A stretch of 64,000 nucleotides of DNA. Origin: Acidobacteriaceae bacterium. Lineage in GTDB: Bacteria > Acidobacteriota > Terriglobia > Terriglobales > Acidobacteriaceae. Every line of letters starts with the position of its first letter. Position 1 is the stretch's first letter. Below the pieces are notes generated by a model. That model ran no database searches and was not told the origin of the DNA. It worked only from the letters and a program-made list of their open reading frames with translations. The DNA lies in the NCBI GenBank assembly GCA_036267255.1, contig DATAWK010000036.1:35546-99545 (forward strand). The letters run 5' to 3'. Shown here piece after piece: positions 39,100 to 47,315 of the stretch. The translations under genes and the position numbers were made by a program.

Positions 39100-40377
39100 A
39101 TGAAAGTTCTCATTATTGGCGGTGGTGGCCGTGAGCATGCCCTCGCCCGATCCATCCGCAAATCTCCAAGCGTCACCGAGGTTGTTTGTGCGCCCGGCAA
39201 TGGCGGCATGGCTGCCCTGGCACGCTGTGTTCCCGTCAACCAGAAGGACCTCGCCGATCTGCTGCGCGTGGTTGTGGATGAGCAGCCTGGCCTGACTGTG
39301 GTTGGACCGGAGCTGCCGCTGAGCCTGGGACTGGTGGATGAGCTGCAACGCCGCAAGATGCGCGTGTTAGGCCCCACGAAACGCGCTGCGATGCTGGAAA
39401 GCAGCAAAGCCTTCGCCAAGGAATTCATGCAGCGCCATCACATTCCGACAGCACATTATGCTGTCTGCCATGCAGTGACAGAACTGCACGAGGCGCTCGC
39501 GCATTTTCAGACACCTATCGTCGTCAAGGCCGATGGACTGGCCGCCGGCAAAGGCGTCATCATCTGCAACAGTAAGGAGGAGGCGTACGAGACCGCCAGC
39601 CACATGTTCAGCGGCAAACTGCTGGGCAGCTCGGAAACGCGCGTGGTGCTGGAAGAATTTCTGGAAGGCGATGAGATGTCGTTCCTGGTGCTTGCCGATG
39701 GTGTGCATACGCTGCCGCTGGTTGCCGCGCAGGACCACAAACGCATTGGCGAAGGCGACACCGGCCTGAATACCGGCGGCATGGGAGCTTACTCCACAGA
39801 TGGGTTGATCGACGCCAACATGCGCGACTGGTTGATCGCGCACGTGGCCCAGCCGGTGATCGACGACATGGCGGCAGAAGGCGCGCCGTTCACTGGCATT
39901 TTGTATTGCGGCATGATGATGACCGCACGCGGCCCCATGGTGCTGGAGTTCAATGCGCGCTTCGGCGACCCGGAGACGCAGGCCGTGTTGCCGCGGCTGA
40001 AAACCGATCTGGTCGAAGCGCTCGAAGCGGCGATCGACGGCAAGCTGGATCAGATGAAGCTGGCTTGGCACAAACAGCCCTCCGTCTGCGTCGTGGCGGC
40101 GTCGGAGGGCTATCCGGGAAACTATGCAAGCGGCAAAAAAATTACCGGGCTGGAAGAAGCGGCGGCGCTCGATGGAGTGGAGATATTCCACTCCGGTACG
40201 GCGTTGCTGGACAATCACCTTGTGACGGCTGGCGGCCGCGTACTTGCTGTAACCGCGCTGGCCGATACGCTCCGTCAGGCCTGTGACAGCGCCTATGCTG
40301 CACTGGGAAAAATTCACTTCGATGGCATGTATTACCGCCGAGACATCGCACATCGCGCACTCAAAAAGAAAGGTTAG
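39100..40377 (+). CDS. purD: Phosphoribosylamine--glycine ligase
   Basis: MKVLIIGGGGREHALA, the ATP-grasp body and the GVEIFHSGT...GGRVLAVTAL C-terminal pattern are classic PurD. 425 aa. Confidence 0.96.
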   Translation: MKVLIIGGGGREHALARSIRKSPSVTEVVCAPGNGGMAALARCVPVNQKDLADLLRVVVDEQPGLTVVGPELPLSLGLVDELQRRKMRVLGPTKRAAMLESSKAFAKEFMQRHHIPTAHYAVCHAVTELHEALAHFQTPIVVKADGLAAGKGVIICNSKEEAYETASHMFSGKLLGSSETRVVLEEFLEGDEMSFLVLADGVHTLPLVAAQDHKRIGEGDTGLNTGGMGAYSTDGLIDANMRDWLIAHVAQPVIDDMAAEGAPFTGILYCGMMMTARGPMVLEFNARFGDPETQAVLPRLKTDLVEALEAAIDGKLDQMKLAWHKQPSVCVVAASEGYPGNYASGKKITGLEEAAALDGVEIFHSGTALLDNHLVTAGGRVLAVTALADTLRQACDSAYAALGKIHFDGMYYRRDIAHRALKKKG

Positions 40378-40384
40378 ACGAGCA

Positions 40385-40885
40385 ATGGCACACACCGCTG
40401 TTACCTTGGAAGATTTACTTTCAGATTTTGAAGAAACCGCAACGCGCTGGCAGGAATTTTTTCAGGCAAATCCGGGCGCGGCAGCCGTACCCTGCGACAT
40501 CGCCAGAAGCGCCAATATCGGCGCACTGGTGTGGCACATCTATGCCGCCGCCTATCGGCATGCGGAGCGATTGCTGGGCGAACCTGTCACCGACCTGGAA
40601 ACGCAGACGCCCGTGAAAGACATTGCTGGCGCCTTTGCTCTGGAGGTAGACGCCGCCGCGAAGATACGGCAGTTTCTCGAAACCACGAACGACGCCGCCT
40701 TGAATGAAGCCCAGGAGTTCGCCAGTCGCACCGGCCTTACGGCCTCCATCAGCCGCCGCAAACTCTGCCTGCACATTTTTGTGCACGCCATCCGTCACTG
40801 GGCGCATATTGGAACTCTGGTGCGTCAGGGTGGCTACCCTGTCCCCTGGCCTCAGGACATTCTGTTCAGCAAAGCAATTCGCTAG
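40385..40885 (+). CDS. DinB-superfamily protein
   Basis: ORF 40283..40885 trimmed to the ATG at 40385. This 166-aa helical protein has the spaced His pattern (WHIYAAAYRHAERL, HIFVHAIRHWAHIG) typical of DinB/YfiT-like four-helix bundles. Confidence 0.6.
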   Translation: MAHTAVTLEDLLSDFEETATRWQEFFQANPGAAAVPCDIARSANIGALVWHIYAAAYRHAERLLGEPVTDLETQTPVKDIAGAFALEVDAAAKIRQFLETTNDAALNEAQEFASRTGLTASISRRKLCLHIFVHAIRHWAHIGTLVRQGGYPVPWPQDILFSKAIR

Positions 40886-40924
40886 AGCGTCCTACAGCAC
40901 GGCGCATCCAACCTGCCTGAACGG

Positions 40925-42400
40925 CTACTGGTCCAGCTTCTTTGTGACCAGTTCGTTCAACAGCGCAGGGTTCGCCTGCCCTTTCGAGAGCCGCATCACC
41001 TGGCCGACGAAAAATGCGGCCACGGTTTTTTTGCCGCCGCGATATTGCTCCACCTGCTTGGGATTGGCGGCGATGATTTCGTCAATCATTTTTTCCAGCG
41101 CAGCGGAATCGCTGATCTGCTGCGGCTTCTCCCGCTCATAAACAACCGGGAAATCTTCGTTCAACTCGAAGCAGCGATCAAAAAGCTGCTTCAGCATCTT
41201 GCTGGATAGCGCGCCGCTCTCGGTCAGGTCGGCGGCCTGCGCGATGCCGCGCATGGAGATGGGCGACTGGGCCAGTTCCAAACCTGCCGCCTTCAGACGC
41301 CCGGCGATTTCTCCCTGCACCAGGTTTGCCACGCGCTTTGGACTCTTTGCCACTTTGGCCGCGGCTTCAAACTGGTCGGCCAATTCCCGCGAACTGGTCA
41401 GCACATGCGCATCCTGCTCGGTGATGTCATACTCGGCAACCATGCGCTTGCGCCGCGCTTCCGGCAGTTCCGGCATGTTGGCGCGAATTTCTTTCTGCCA
41501 TGCTGCAGAAACAATCAGCGGCGGCAGGTCCGGCTCTGGGAAATAGCGATAGTCGTGCGCCTGCTCCTTGGAACGCATGGAGTAGGTCCGGCCTTCGCTC
41601 GAATTCCAGAGGCGCGTCTCCTGCACCACGCGGCCGCCACCTTCGATCACTTCAATCTGGCGCACAATCTCATACTCCAGCGCGGCTCGAATAAAGCGGA
41701 AGCTGTTGACGTTCTTCACCTCGGCCTTGGTGCCGAACTTCTCCGCACCCTTCAGCCTTACGCTGACGTTGGCGTCGCAGCGCAGCGAACCCTCTTCCAT
41801 GTTGCAATCGCTCACGCCGGTGTAGAGCAGGATTTCCTTCAGCCGCGTCAGATATTCGTAGGCCTCATCGGGCGTGCGAATGTCCGGCTCGCTGACGATT
41901 TCACTGAGCGGCGTGCCGCAGCGGTTCAGATCAAGATAGGTCCGCTCCCGCGAGTCGGCAAAGCCGTCGTGCATGCTCTTGCCTGCGTCTTCCTCCAGAT
42001 GCAGCCGCGTGATGCCGATGCGCTTGGTGCCGTTCGGCGTCGGAACATCGATCCAGCCATGCTCAGCCAGCGGCTTGTCGAACTGCGAAATCTGATAGCC
42101 CTTGGGCAGATCGGGATAAAAATAATTCTTGCGCGCAAAAATGGAGGTCTCGCGCACTTCGCAATTTATGGCCATGGCGGCCAGCGTGGCAAACTCCACG
42201 GCGCGGCGATTCAACACCGGCAACGCGCCGGGCAATCCCAGACATACCGGGCAGATATGCGTGTTGGGCGCAGCACCGAATTGCGCAGAGCAACCGCAGA
42301 AGGCCTTCGTCACGGTCTGCAACTGGACGTGAACCTCAAGGCCGATCACCGGCTCATACTTGGCGAGAATCTCTGGAGAAAGCTCTGTCGTCGATAGCAT
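40925..42400 (-). CDS. gatB: Asp-tRNA(Asn)/Glu-tRNA(Gln) amidotransferase subunit B
   Basis: ORF trimmed to the ATG at 42400. YEPVIGLEVHVQLQT, CPVCLGLPGALPVLN and the C-terminal YqeY-like tail KGQANPALLNELV are GatB hallmarks. Confidence 0.95.
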   Translation of the reverse strand: MLSTTELSPEILAKYEPVIGLEVHVQLQTVTKAFCGCSAQFGAAPNTHICPVCLGLPGALPVLNRRAVEFATLAAMAINCEVRETSIFARKNYFYPDLPKGYQISQFDKPLAEHGWIDVPTPNGTKRIGITRLHLEEDAGKSMHDGFADSRERTYLDLNRCGTPLSEIVSEPDIRTPDEAYEYLTRLKEILLYTGVSDCNMEEGSLRCDANVSVRLKGAEKFGTKAEVKNVNSFRFIRAALEYEIVRQIEVIEGGGRVVQETRLWNSSEGRTYSMRSKEQAHDYRYFPEPDLPPLIVSAAWQKEIRANMPELPEARRKRMVAEYDITEQDAHVLTSSRELADQFEAAAKVAKSPKRVANLVQGEIAGRLKAAGLELAQSPISMRGIAQAADLTESGALSSKMLKQLFDRCFELNEDFPVVYEREKPQQISDSAALEKMIDEIIAANPKQVEQYRGGKKTVAAFFVGQVMRLSKGQANPALLNELVTKKLDQ

Positions 42401-42453
42401 GTTCGATTTTGATTTTAGCAGCGGCGGGAAGGGTGGAGTATCGCGGGAGGTAT

Positions 42454-43377
42454 CTATCGCCTGCGATAGATAATCTGCAGGTGTTCGGCCTCGAGCGCCT
42501 TCTGTGCCTGCAAACGGGCGTGGTTGGCCCACGGACCGACAGGGTCCAGCTGCGTATAACGAACCCAGTGGGACAACGCCCTGCGCGGCTCCGCTTGCCG
42601 CTCATAGGCAAGCGCCAGGTTGTAATGGGCATCGGCATAGTCCGGAACCAGGCGGATCGCCGTCTTGTAGGCATCGATCGCGTCGGGCAGACGCTGCAGT
42701 TCATCCAGCACATTCCCTAAATCAAAAAAGGCCAGCGCATACTTTGGATCGGATTCCGTAGCCCTGCGATACATCTCTTCAGCGCGTGTGTACTGACGCA
42801 GATTGTAATAAATGGTGCCCAGGTTGATGCACGCAGGCGCGTGATCCGGCTGCACTTCCAGAATGCGTCGATAAATTTCCATCACCTGCTTGTGGGCAGT
42901 GCGTTCGTCCTCACGGCGAACGGCCTCGACAAAGAGTTCGGTAACATAAGCATCGCGGCTGCGTTGGCTCACCCCCATGCGCGCCACACTCCGCAGCGGA
43001 CGCTGCGCCTGGCTGTCAAAGTCGAACATCAACTGGCACGAGATAGGATCGACCACCATGCCGGCGTGGCGAAAGACCACCCGCGATCCCGTGGAATCGG
43101 CAGCCGACTCCAGCAAGGGTTCGGCCATTCCGGAGACACGCCGCATGGCTGCCACAGACTCATGAATGCTGGACGCACGAATATGCCGGGAAGAAAGGTC
43201 GCGCAGCGTACGCAAATGGGAAAGGTGCCGGAAACTGTAGGCTTCCAGATGGTCAACTAGTCCGGATCTCTCCCATCCGCTCAACTGACGAGCGGTGATG
43301 TGCAGGATTCGGAGAACGTCTTGACGGCTATATCGGGTCACAGTTCTGTGCGCAGAGCACCGTCTACTGCCGCTCAT
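42454..43377 (-). CDS. MerR-type HTH domain fused to TPR repeats
   Basis: The N-terminus YSRQDVLRILHITARQLSGWERSGLV is a MerR-like HTH. The C-terminal half has 4-5 TPR units (AHYNLALAYERQAEPRRALSHW and others). Confidence 0.65.
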   Translation of the reverse strand: MSGSRRCSAHRTVTRYSRQDVLRILHITARQLSGWERSGLVDHLEAYSFRHLSHLRTLRDLSSRHIRASSIHESVAAMRRVSGMAEPLLESAADSTGSRVVFRHAGMVVDPISCQLMFDFDSQAQRPLRSVARMGVSQRSRDAYVTELFVEAVRREDERTAHKQVMEIYRRILEVQPDHAPACINLGTIYYNLRQYTRAEEMYRRATESDPKYALAFFDLGNVLDELQRLPDAIDAYKTAIRLVPDYADAHYNLALAYERQAEPRRALSHWVRYTQLDPVGPWANHARLQAQKALEAEHLQIIYRRR

Positions 43378-43495
43378 TATGCGGATTTTTTGCGGCCATC
43401 ACAAGTTAAATAATGAGTTTTCTGAGGAAAACCCGTCCCAAACCATAAAAAACCCGGTAAAACCCGAAACAAAGTCGCCGATTCCATCGGCAGTT

Positions 43496-43930
43496 TCAAT
43501 CGATGGAAACATAAATCTCTACCGTCTCCGGCCCCCAGTAAATGTCGAAATCGCAGCCGTAGTTACGCGGCATGCAAGACGACCACACCTGCTGCCACGC
43601 GGCCATCAACGTCTCCGGCTGCGGACCGCGGGCATCCACTACAGCGTAGGCGGCCGCAGGAATCGTAACCTTGTGCATGCCTTCCGGCACCTCCGCATCG
43701 GCTGGAACCTCATACCCCAGCAGCATGGTGTATTCCCCCGTATGATCGCTGTCATATTCGCTGTAGAGCGAGTAAACGGCATCACTGACGCGTTGCGGCA
43801 GTTGCTGTGCAATTTTTTCCACGCGAAAACGTCCCCAGAAGGCGCCAATCTGCTCTGGATGTGCGTTGGATGTGCGCCGCGCAATGCCGGCCAGTGTGAA
43901 CGAAGGACGATAGGATTTCTGATATTGCAT
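43496..43930 (-). CDS. GyrI-like small-molecule-binding domain protein
   Basis: 144 aa. The FTLAGIARRT...FWGRF...YSLYSEYD...YTMLLGYEV pattern resembles the effector-binding domain of AraC/MerR-type regulators (GyrI/SbmC-like). Confidence 0.65.
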   Translation of the reverse strand: MQYQKSYRPSFTLAGIARRTSNAHPEQIGAFWGRFRVEKIAQQLPQRVSDAVYSLYSEYDSDHTGEYTMLLGYEVPADAEVPEGMHKVTIPAAAYAVVDARGPQPETLMAAWQQVWSSCMPRNYGCDFDIYWGPETVEIYVSID

Positions 43931-43996
43931 GCACCATACTTATCGTTACAGCACGGTAAATGTCCAGAAAAGATGTTGCGAAGATGACGATAAACA

Positions 43997-44072
43997 TGGA
44001 GCCGACGATCGGACTTGAACCGATGACCTGCTGATTACGAATCAGCTGCTCTACCAACTGAGCTACGTCGGC
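43997..44072 (-). tRNA. tRNA-Thr (anticodon CGU)
   Basis: The reverse complement GCCGACGTAGCTCAGTTGGTAGAGCAGCTGATTCGTAATCAGCAGGTCATCGGTTCAAGTCCGATCGTCGGCTCCA folds into a full cloverleaf: 7-bp acceptor, GCTC/GAGC D stem, GCTGA/TCAGC anticodon stem with loop TTCGTAA, GGTTCAAGTCC T arm, and encoded CCA. Confidence 0.95.
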
Positions 44073-44177
44073 AACCTTGTTTGATTGTAAAGGCGTGCCC
44101 GGCTCCGGTAAAGTGAGCGCATCCGGTAATGCGCTCCTTCGGGAACTTGTCCGAACCGCCGCGCGTATAGTGCTCCA

Positions 44178-46829
44178 ATGCCAAAGAACGTACGAAGCAG
44201 GAAAGAAAAATCCGCGGCACTCCCCTACGTAGCGCTGATGATTGTTGCGTTTGTCCTGCTGACGATCTTTGTGCACAACACTTTTAACTTTTTCGACTAC
44301 ATGCAGCATGGTCGCGGGTGGTCGCGCACGCCCTTTCAGATGGATGACTCCGGACAGGTCGTCAAGTATGCGGAGCCGGAAGCCGCGATAGCCGGTGTCC
44401 ACCCGGGGGATCGCATTCTTTCCCTGGATGGGCAGGATTACACCAGCCTTCAGCAGATGCAGAACGTGCTGGCGGCGACTGCACCCGGTTCTCCGCTTCA
44501 TTTGCGCATTCAGCACCAGAACAACACCTTCGCCAATGTTTCCATTCCGCTGGTGGCATTGCAAAACCGATCCCCCAACGCAGCTGTATGGACATCCGTC
44601 GGCTTCCTGCGCGTCGTCTTTCCGCTTCTTTGTCTCGTGCTCGGATTCTGGGCCGTCCTGGCCAAGCCCAACGACAGAAACGCCTGGTTCCTTCTGGGCA
44701 TTTTTGCTTTTTTCACCGTGCTCTTTGAGCCGTTTGGTTCGCAGCCGACCCATCTTGTCTGGGTGGAAGCCATTGCAATGTTTGGCCGCGCATTCCTGGC
44801 CCCGATCGCGTTTGCCTGCATCATGCTGTTCGGCCTGTACTTCCCGGAGCGTACCTTAACCGATCGCCGGGCGCCGTGGCTCAAGTGGATCATCCTGGTG
44901 CCTCTGGCCATTCTTCTTGTTCTTGACCTCATCCATATCTACCATCGGAATTTTGGCTTCCAGGGATTGCACTTCCTTTCCAGCTTGACGGATGCCGTCC
45001 ACCTGACGGAATCGATCCTGATGGGCGCCTGCATTCCGGTTTTCTTTACGGGAATTATCTCCAACCTGCATACAGCCGAAACCGCCGACACCCGGCGGCG
45101 TCTGCGTGTGCTCCGGACTGGTTCTGCCATTGGACTGGGCGGCCTGCTGCTTCTCTTCGTCCTTTCTCTCATTCATGGAGGAATGATCGAGCAGGTTTTG
45201 CCCCTCTGGCTGGTTTTCATCATCCTTGCTATTCCGCTGCTGTTCCCGGTCACGCTGGCGTATGTAGTGGTCGTGCAGCGGGCCATGGACCTGAGCATCC
45301 TGGTGCGCCAGGGAACAAAATATGCCTTCGCGCGCGGCACCTTGTGGGTATTGCAATTCCTGCTGGTGGCCATCGTTACGTTTCGCATTGCGCGCCTGAT
45401 GCATAAACCCCACGTGACGCAGGTGGACATCCTGCTCATCCTTGTGCTCGGATTGATGTTTCTGGCTTTGCGCTTTCGCGTGGCTGGATCCGTCTCCAAC
45501 TGGCTGGACAAAAAATTCTTCCGCGAAGCGTATTCTGCGGAGCAAATTCTGAGTCAGCTCGCCGAGCAGGCGCGAGGATTTACGGAAACCAAACCGCTGC
45601 TCGACACCATTACCCACAGCATCGGAGAGACGCTGCACATCGATCGCATCGGCGTATTGCTGCGCGCCGGTAACACCTTCCGCCTGCAGCAGGCCATTGG
45701 GCTGGATACAACGGATCATCCCGTCATTCTGCAGGACAACTCCAGCACCATTCGCCATCTGCACCGCAGCAATGTTCCCGCCACGCTTTATGAAGACGAG
45801 CAGGACGGCTGGCTGCTGCTGGCCAATGAGGCCGAACGACGAACCCTGCGCCAGCTTTCCGCAGAGCTGTTGCTTCCGTTGCATGGCCGCAAGGAACTGG
45901 TCGGCATTATGGCGCTGGGACCGAAACGGAGTGAAGAACCTTACTCCAACACCGATCTGCAATTGCTGCAAACGGTGGCCATGCAGGCCGGGCTGGCCAT
46001 CGAAAATGCGCAGTTGATGAACACTCTGGCCAGCGAGGCGGCGCGGCGCGAACGCATGAATCGCGAAATCGAGATTGCGCGCGAGGTGCAGGAGCGGCTG
46101 TTCCCGCAGTCGCTTCCGGAAATTTCCGGGGCCGTGTGCGCCGGGTTCTGTCGTCCGGCTCAGGGCGTGGGCGGCGACTACTACGACTTTCTGGTGCTCG
46201 ACTCCGGCCGTATCGGTGTTGCCGTCGGCGATGTCTCCGGCAAAGGCATCTCTGCGGCACTGCTGATGGCTTCTTTGCGCGCCTCGCTGCGTGGCATCAC
46301 GCTGTATGGCTCCTCCGATCTGGCGATTGTCATGCGAAACATCAACCGCCTGGTCTACGACTCTTCCGCCTCCAATCGCTATGCGACTTTCTTCTTTGGC
46401 GAATATGATCCGGAATCCCGCATTCTGACCTATGTCAACGCCGGACACAATGAACCGATTGTTGTGCGCCCTATTCCCAGTGCCGACAACGGTACAACGA
46501 CAGCGCCATGCCGGGAGAATTGTGAAGTGCTACGCCTGGCAGATGGAGGCCCGGTGGTTGGCATGCTGCCGGAAACCAGCTATATCTGCGGCTCTCTCCG
46601 GCTGCATCCCGGCGATGTGCTGTTGGCCTACACCGACGGCATCAGCGAAGCGATGAATAAGGAAGACGAAGAGTGGGGCGAGGAGCGCATGATCGAAGCT
46701 GCCTGTGCCTGCCTGCCTCTCTCCGCCAGCCTCATTCTGGAACACATCTTCAATGCCGCCGATGCCTTTACCCAGGGCGCTGCACAACACGATGACATGA
46801 CGCTGGCGGTTTTGAAGTTGTCCGACTAG
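44178..46829 (+). CDS. Membrane sensor phosphatase: PDZ-like + multi-TM + GAF + PP2C (SpoIIE/RsbU-type)
   Basis: 883 aa. The PDZ-like segment is AGVHPGDRILSLDGQDYTSLQQMQ. About 8 TM helices and a GAF-like region follow. The C-terminal SpoIIE motifs are GGDYYDF, VAVGDVSGKGISAALLMA, TDGISEA and HDDMTLAVLKL. Confidence 0.85.
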   Translation: MPKNVRSRKEKSAALPYVALMIVAFVLLTIFVHNTFNFFDYMQHGRGWSRTPFQMDDSGQVVKYAEPEAAIAGVHPGDRILSLDGQDYTSLQQMQNVLAATAPGSPLHLRIQHQNNTFANVSIPLVALQNRSPNAAVWTSVGFLRVVFPLLCLVLGFWAVLAKPNDRNAWFLLGIFAFFTVLFEPFGSQPTHLVWVEAIAMFGRAFLAPIAFACIMLFGLYFPERTLTDRRAPWLKWIILVPLAILLVLDLIHIYHRNFGFQGLHFLSSLTDAVHLTESILMGACIPVFFTGIISNLHTAETADTRRRLRVLRTGSAIGLGGLLLLFVLSLIHGGMIEQVLPLWLVFIILAIPLLFPVTLAYVVVVQRAMDLSILVRQGTKYAFARGTLWVLQFLLVAIVTFRIARLMHKPHVTQVDILLILVLGLMFLALRFRVAGSVSNWLDKKFFREAYSAEQILSQLAEQARGFTETKPLLDTITHSIGETLHIDRIGVLLRAGNTFRLQQAIGLDTTDHPVILQDNSSTIRHLHRSNVPATLYEDEQDGWLLLANEAERRTLRQLSAELLLPLHGRKELVGIMALGPKRSEEPYSNTDLQLLQTVAMQAGLAIENAQLMNTLASEAARRERMNREIEIAREVQERLFPQSLPEISGAVCAGFCRPAQGVGGDYYDFLVLDSGRIGVAVGDVSGKGISAALLMASLRASLRGITLYGSSDLAIVMRNINRLVYDSSASNRYATFFFGEYDPESRILTYVNAGHNEPIVVRPIPSADNGTTTAPCRENCEVLRLADGGPVVGMLPETSYICGSLRLHPGDVLLAYTDGISEAMNKEDEEWGEERMIEAACACLPLSASLILEHIFNAADAFTQGAAQHDDMTLAVLKLSD

Positions 46830-47197
46830 ATCCAATGCTTCCACGCAAGACCAAGCATCTGGTGCGTGCCTTCTGCCATGTGAGAGGAAAGTGTCAGCGG
46901 AGTTCATCGGTTGGCTGCGATTCCGCTTCACCGATGACAAGCAGAGGAAATCGCGAAAACCTGCGCCTCCGCCGACGGAACAACGCTGCGCTGCCTGGCG
47001 GCAATTACGCAGGAGATGCAAGCTGCCCCCAGGCCTGTTGCCAGGCCCACAGCCGGCGTCTCTGCTATCTATAGATGCCGACGTTACCGGAAATGCTGCC
47101 TTCGTACCGAATTCTCTTCGCAATGTGCGGCCCGGATTAGCTGCGACAGCCCACCGGGATGCATAATCTTCCAATTGAAGAAATGGGCCCTTTGTCT

Positions 47198-47315
47198 ATG
47201 GAACCAAAATACTTTGCGTCCCCGGTAGCATTCCGCGCCTGGCTGAGAAGCACAATGCTACGGTTCAGGAATTGTCGTCCTGCTTCCGGCTAGGCCCAGC
47301 GCGTCCTCACCTCGA
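47198..47315 (+). pseudogene. Frameshifted, truncated relic of a YdeI/OmdA-family (bacteriocin-protection-like) gene
   Basis: ATG at 47198 gives MEPKYFASPVAFRAWL. After a 1-nt frameshift near 47246 the reading continues EKHNATVQEL, together matching the conserved family N-terminus (..FF.sP.aFRaWLEKnHa...EL). The rest of the gene is absent, and the convergent aminotransferase gene ends at 47316. Confidence 0.4.

Noticed and set aside
37584-39428. N-terminal extensions in the ORF track. Examples: 614-aa mntH ORF, 535-aa gatB ORF, 769-aa GH20 ORF, 1082-aa M14 ORF, 350-aa ABC ORF, 468-aa aminotransferase ORF and 177-aa higB ORF.
   Set aside because: The extensions have arbitrary composition, overlap neighbouring genes or promoters, and precede internal starts that give canonical N-termini or signal peptides. 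Coordinates were trimmed accordingly.
43931-44177. tRNA-Thr as a possible integration hotspot for a genomic island or prophage.
   Set aside because: No integrase, no direct repeat of the tRNA 3' end, and no phage-like genes on either side. The flanks are a GyrI-like gene and a PP2C sensor gene.
46891-47166. 91-aa plus-strand ORF (MSAEFIGWLRFRFTDDKQRKS...) in the 486-bp gap after the PP2C gene.
   Set aside because: Alternative start with poorly spaced RBS, Pro/Arg/Ala-rich composition, several mutually overlapping ORFs in all frames, and no domain. It is treated as decayed or non-coding DNA.
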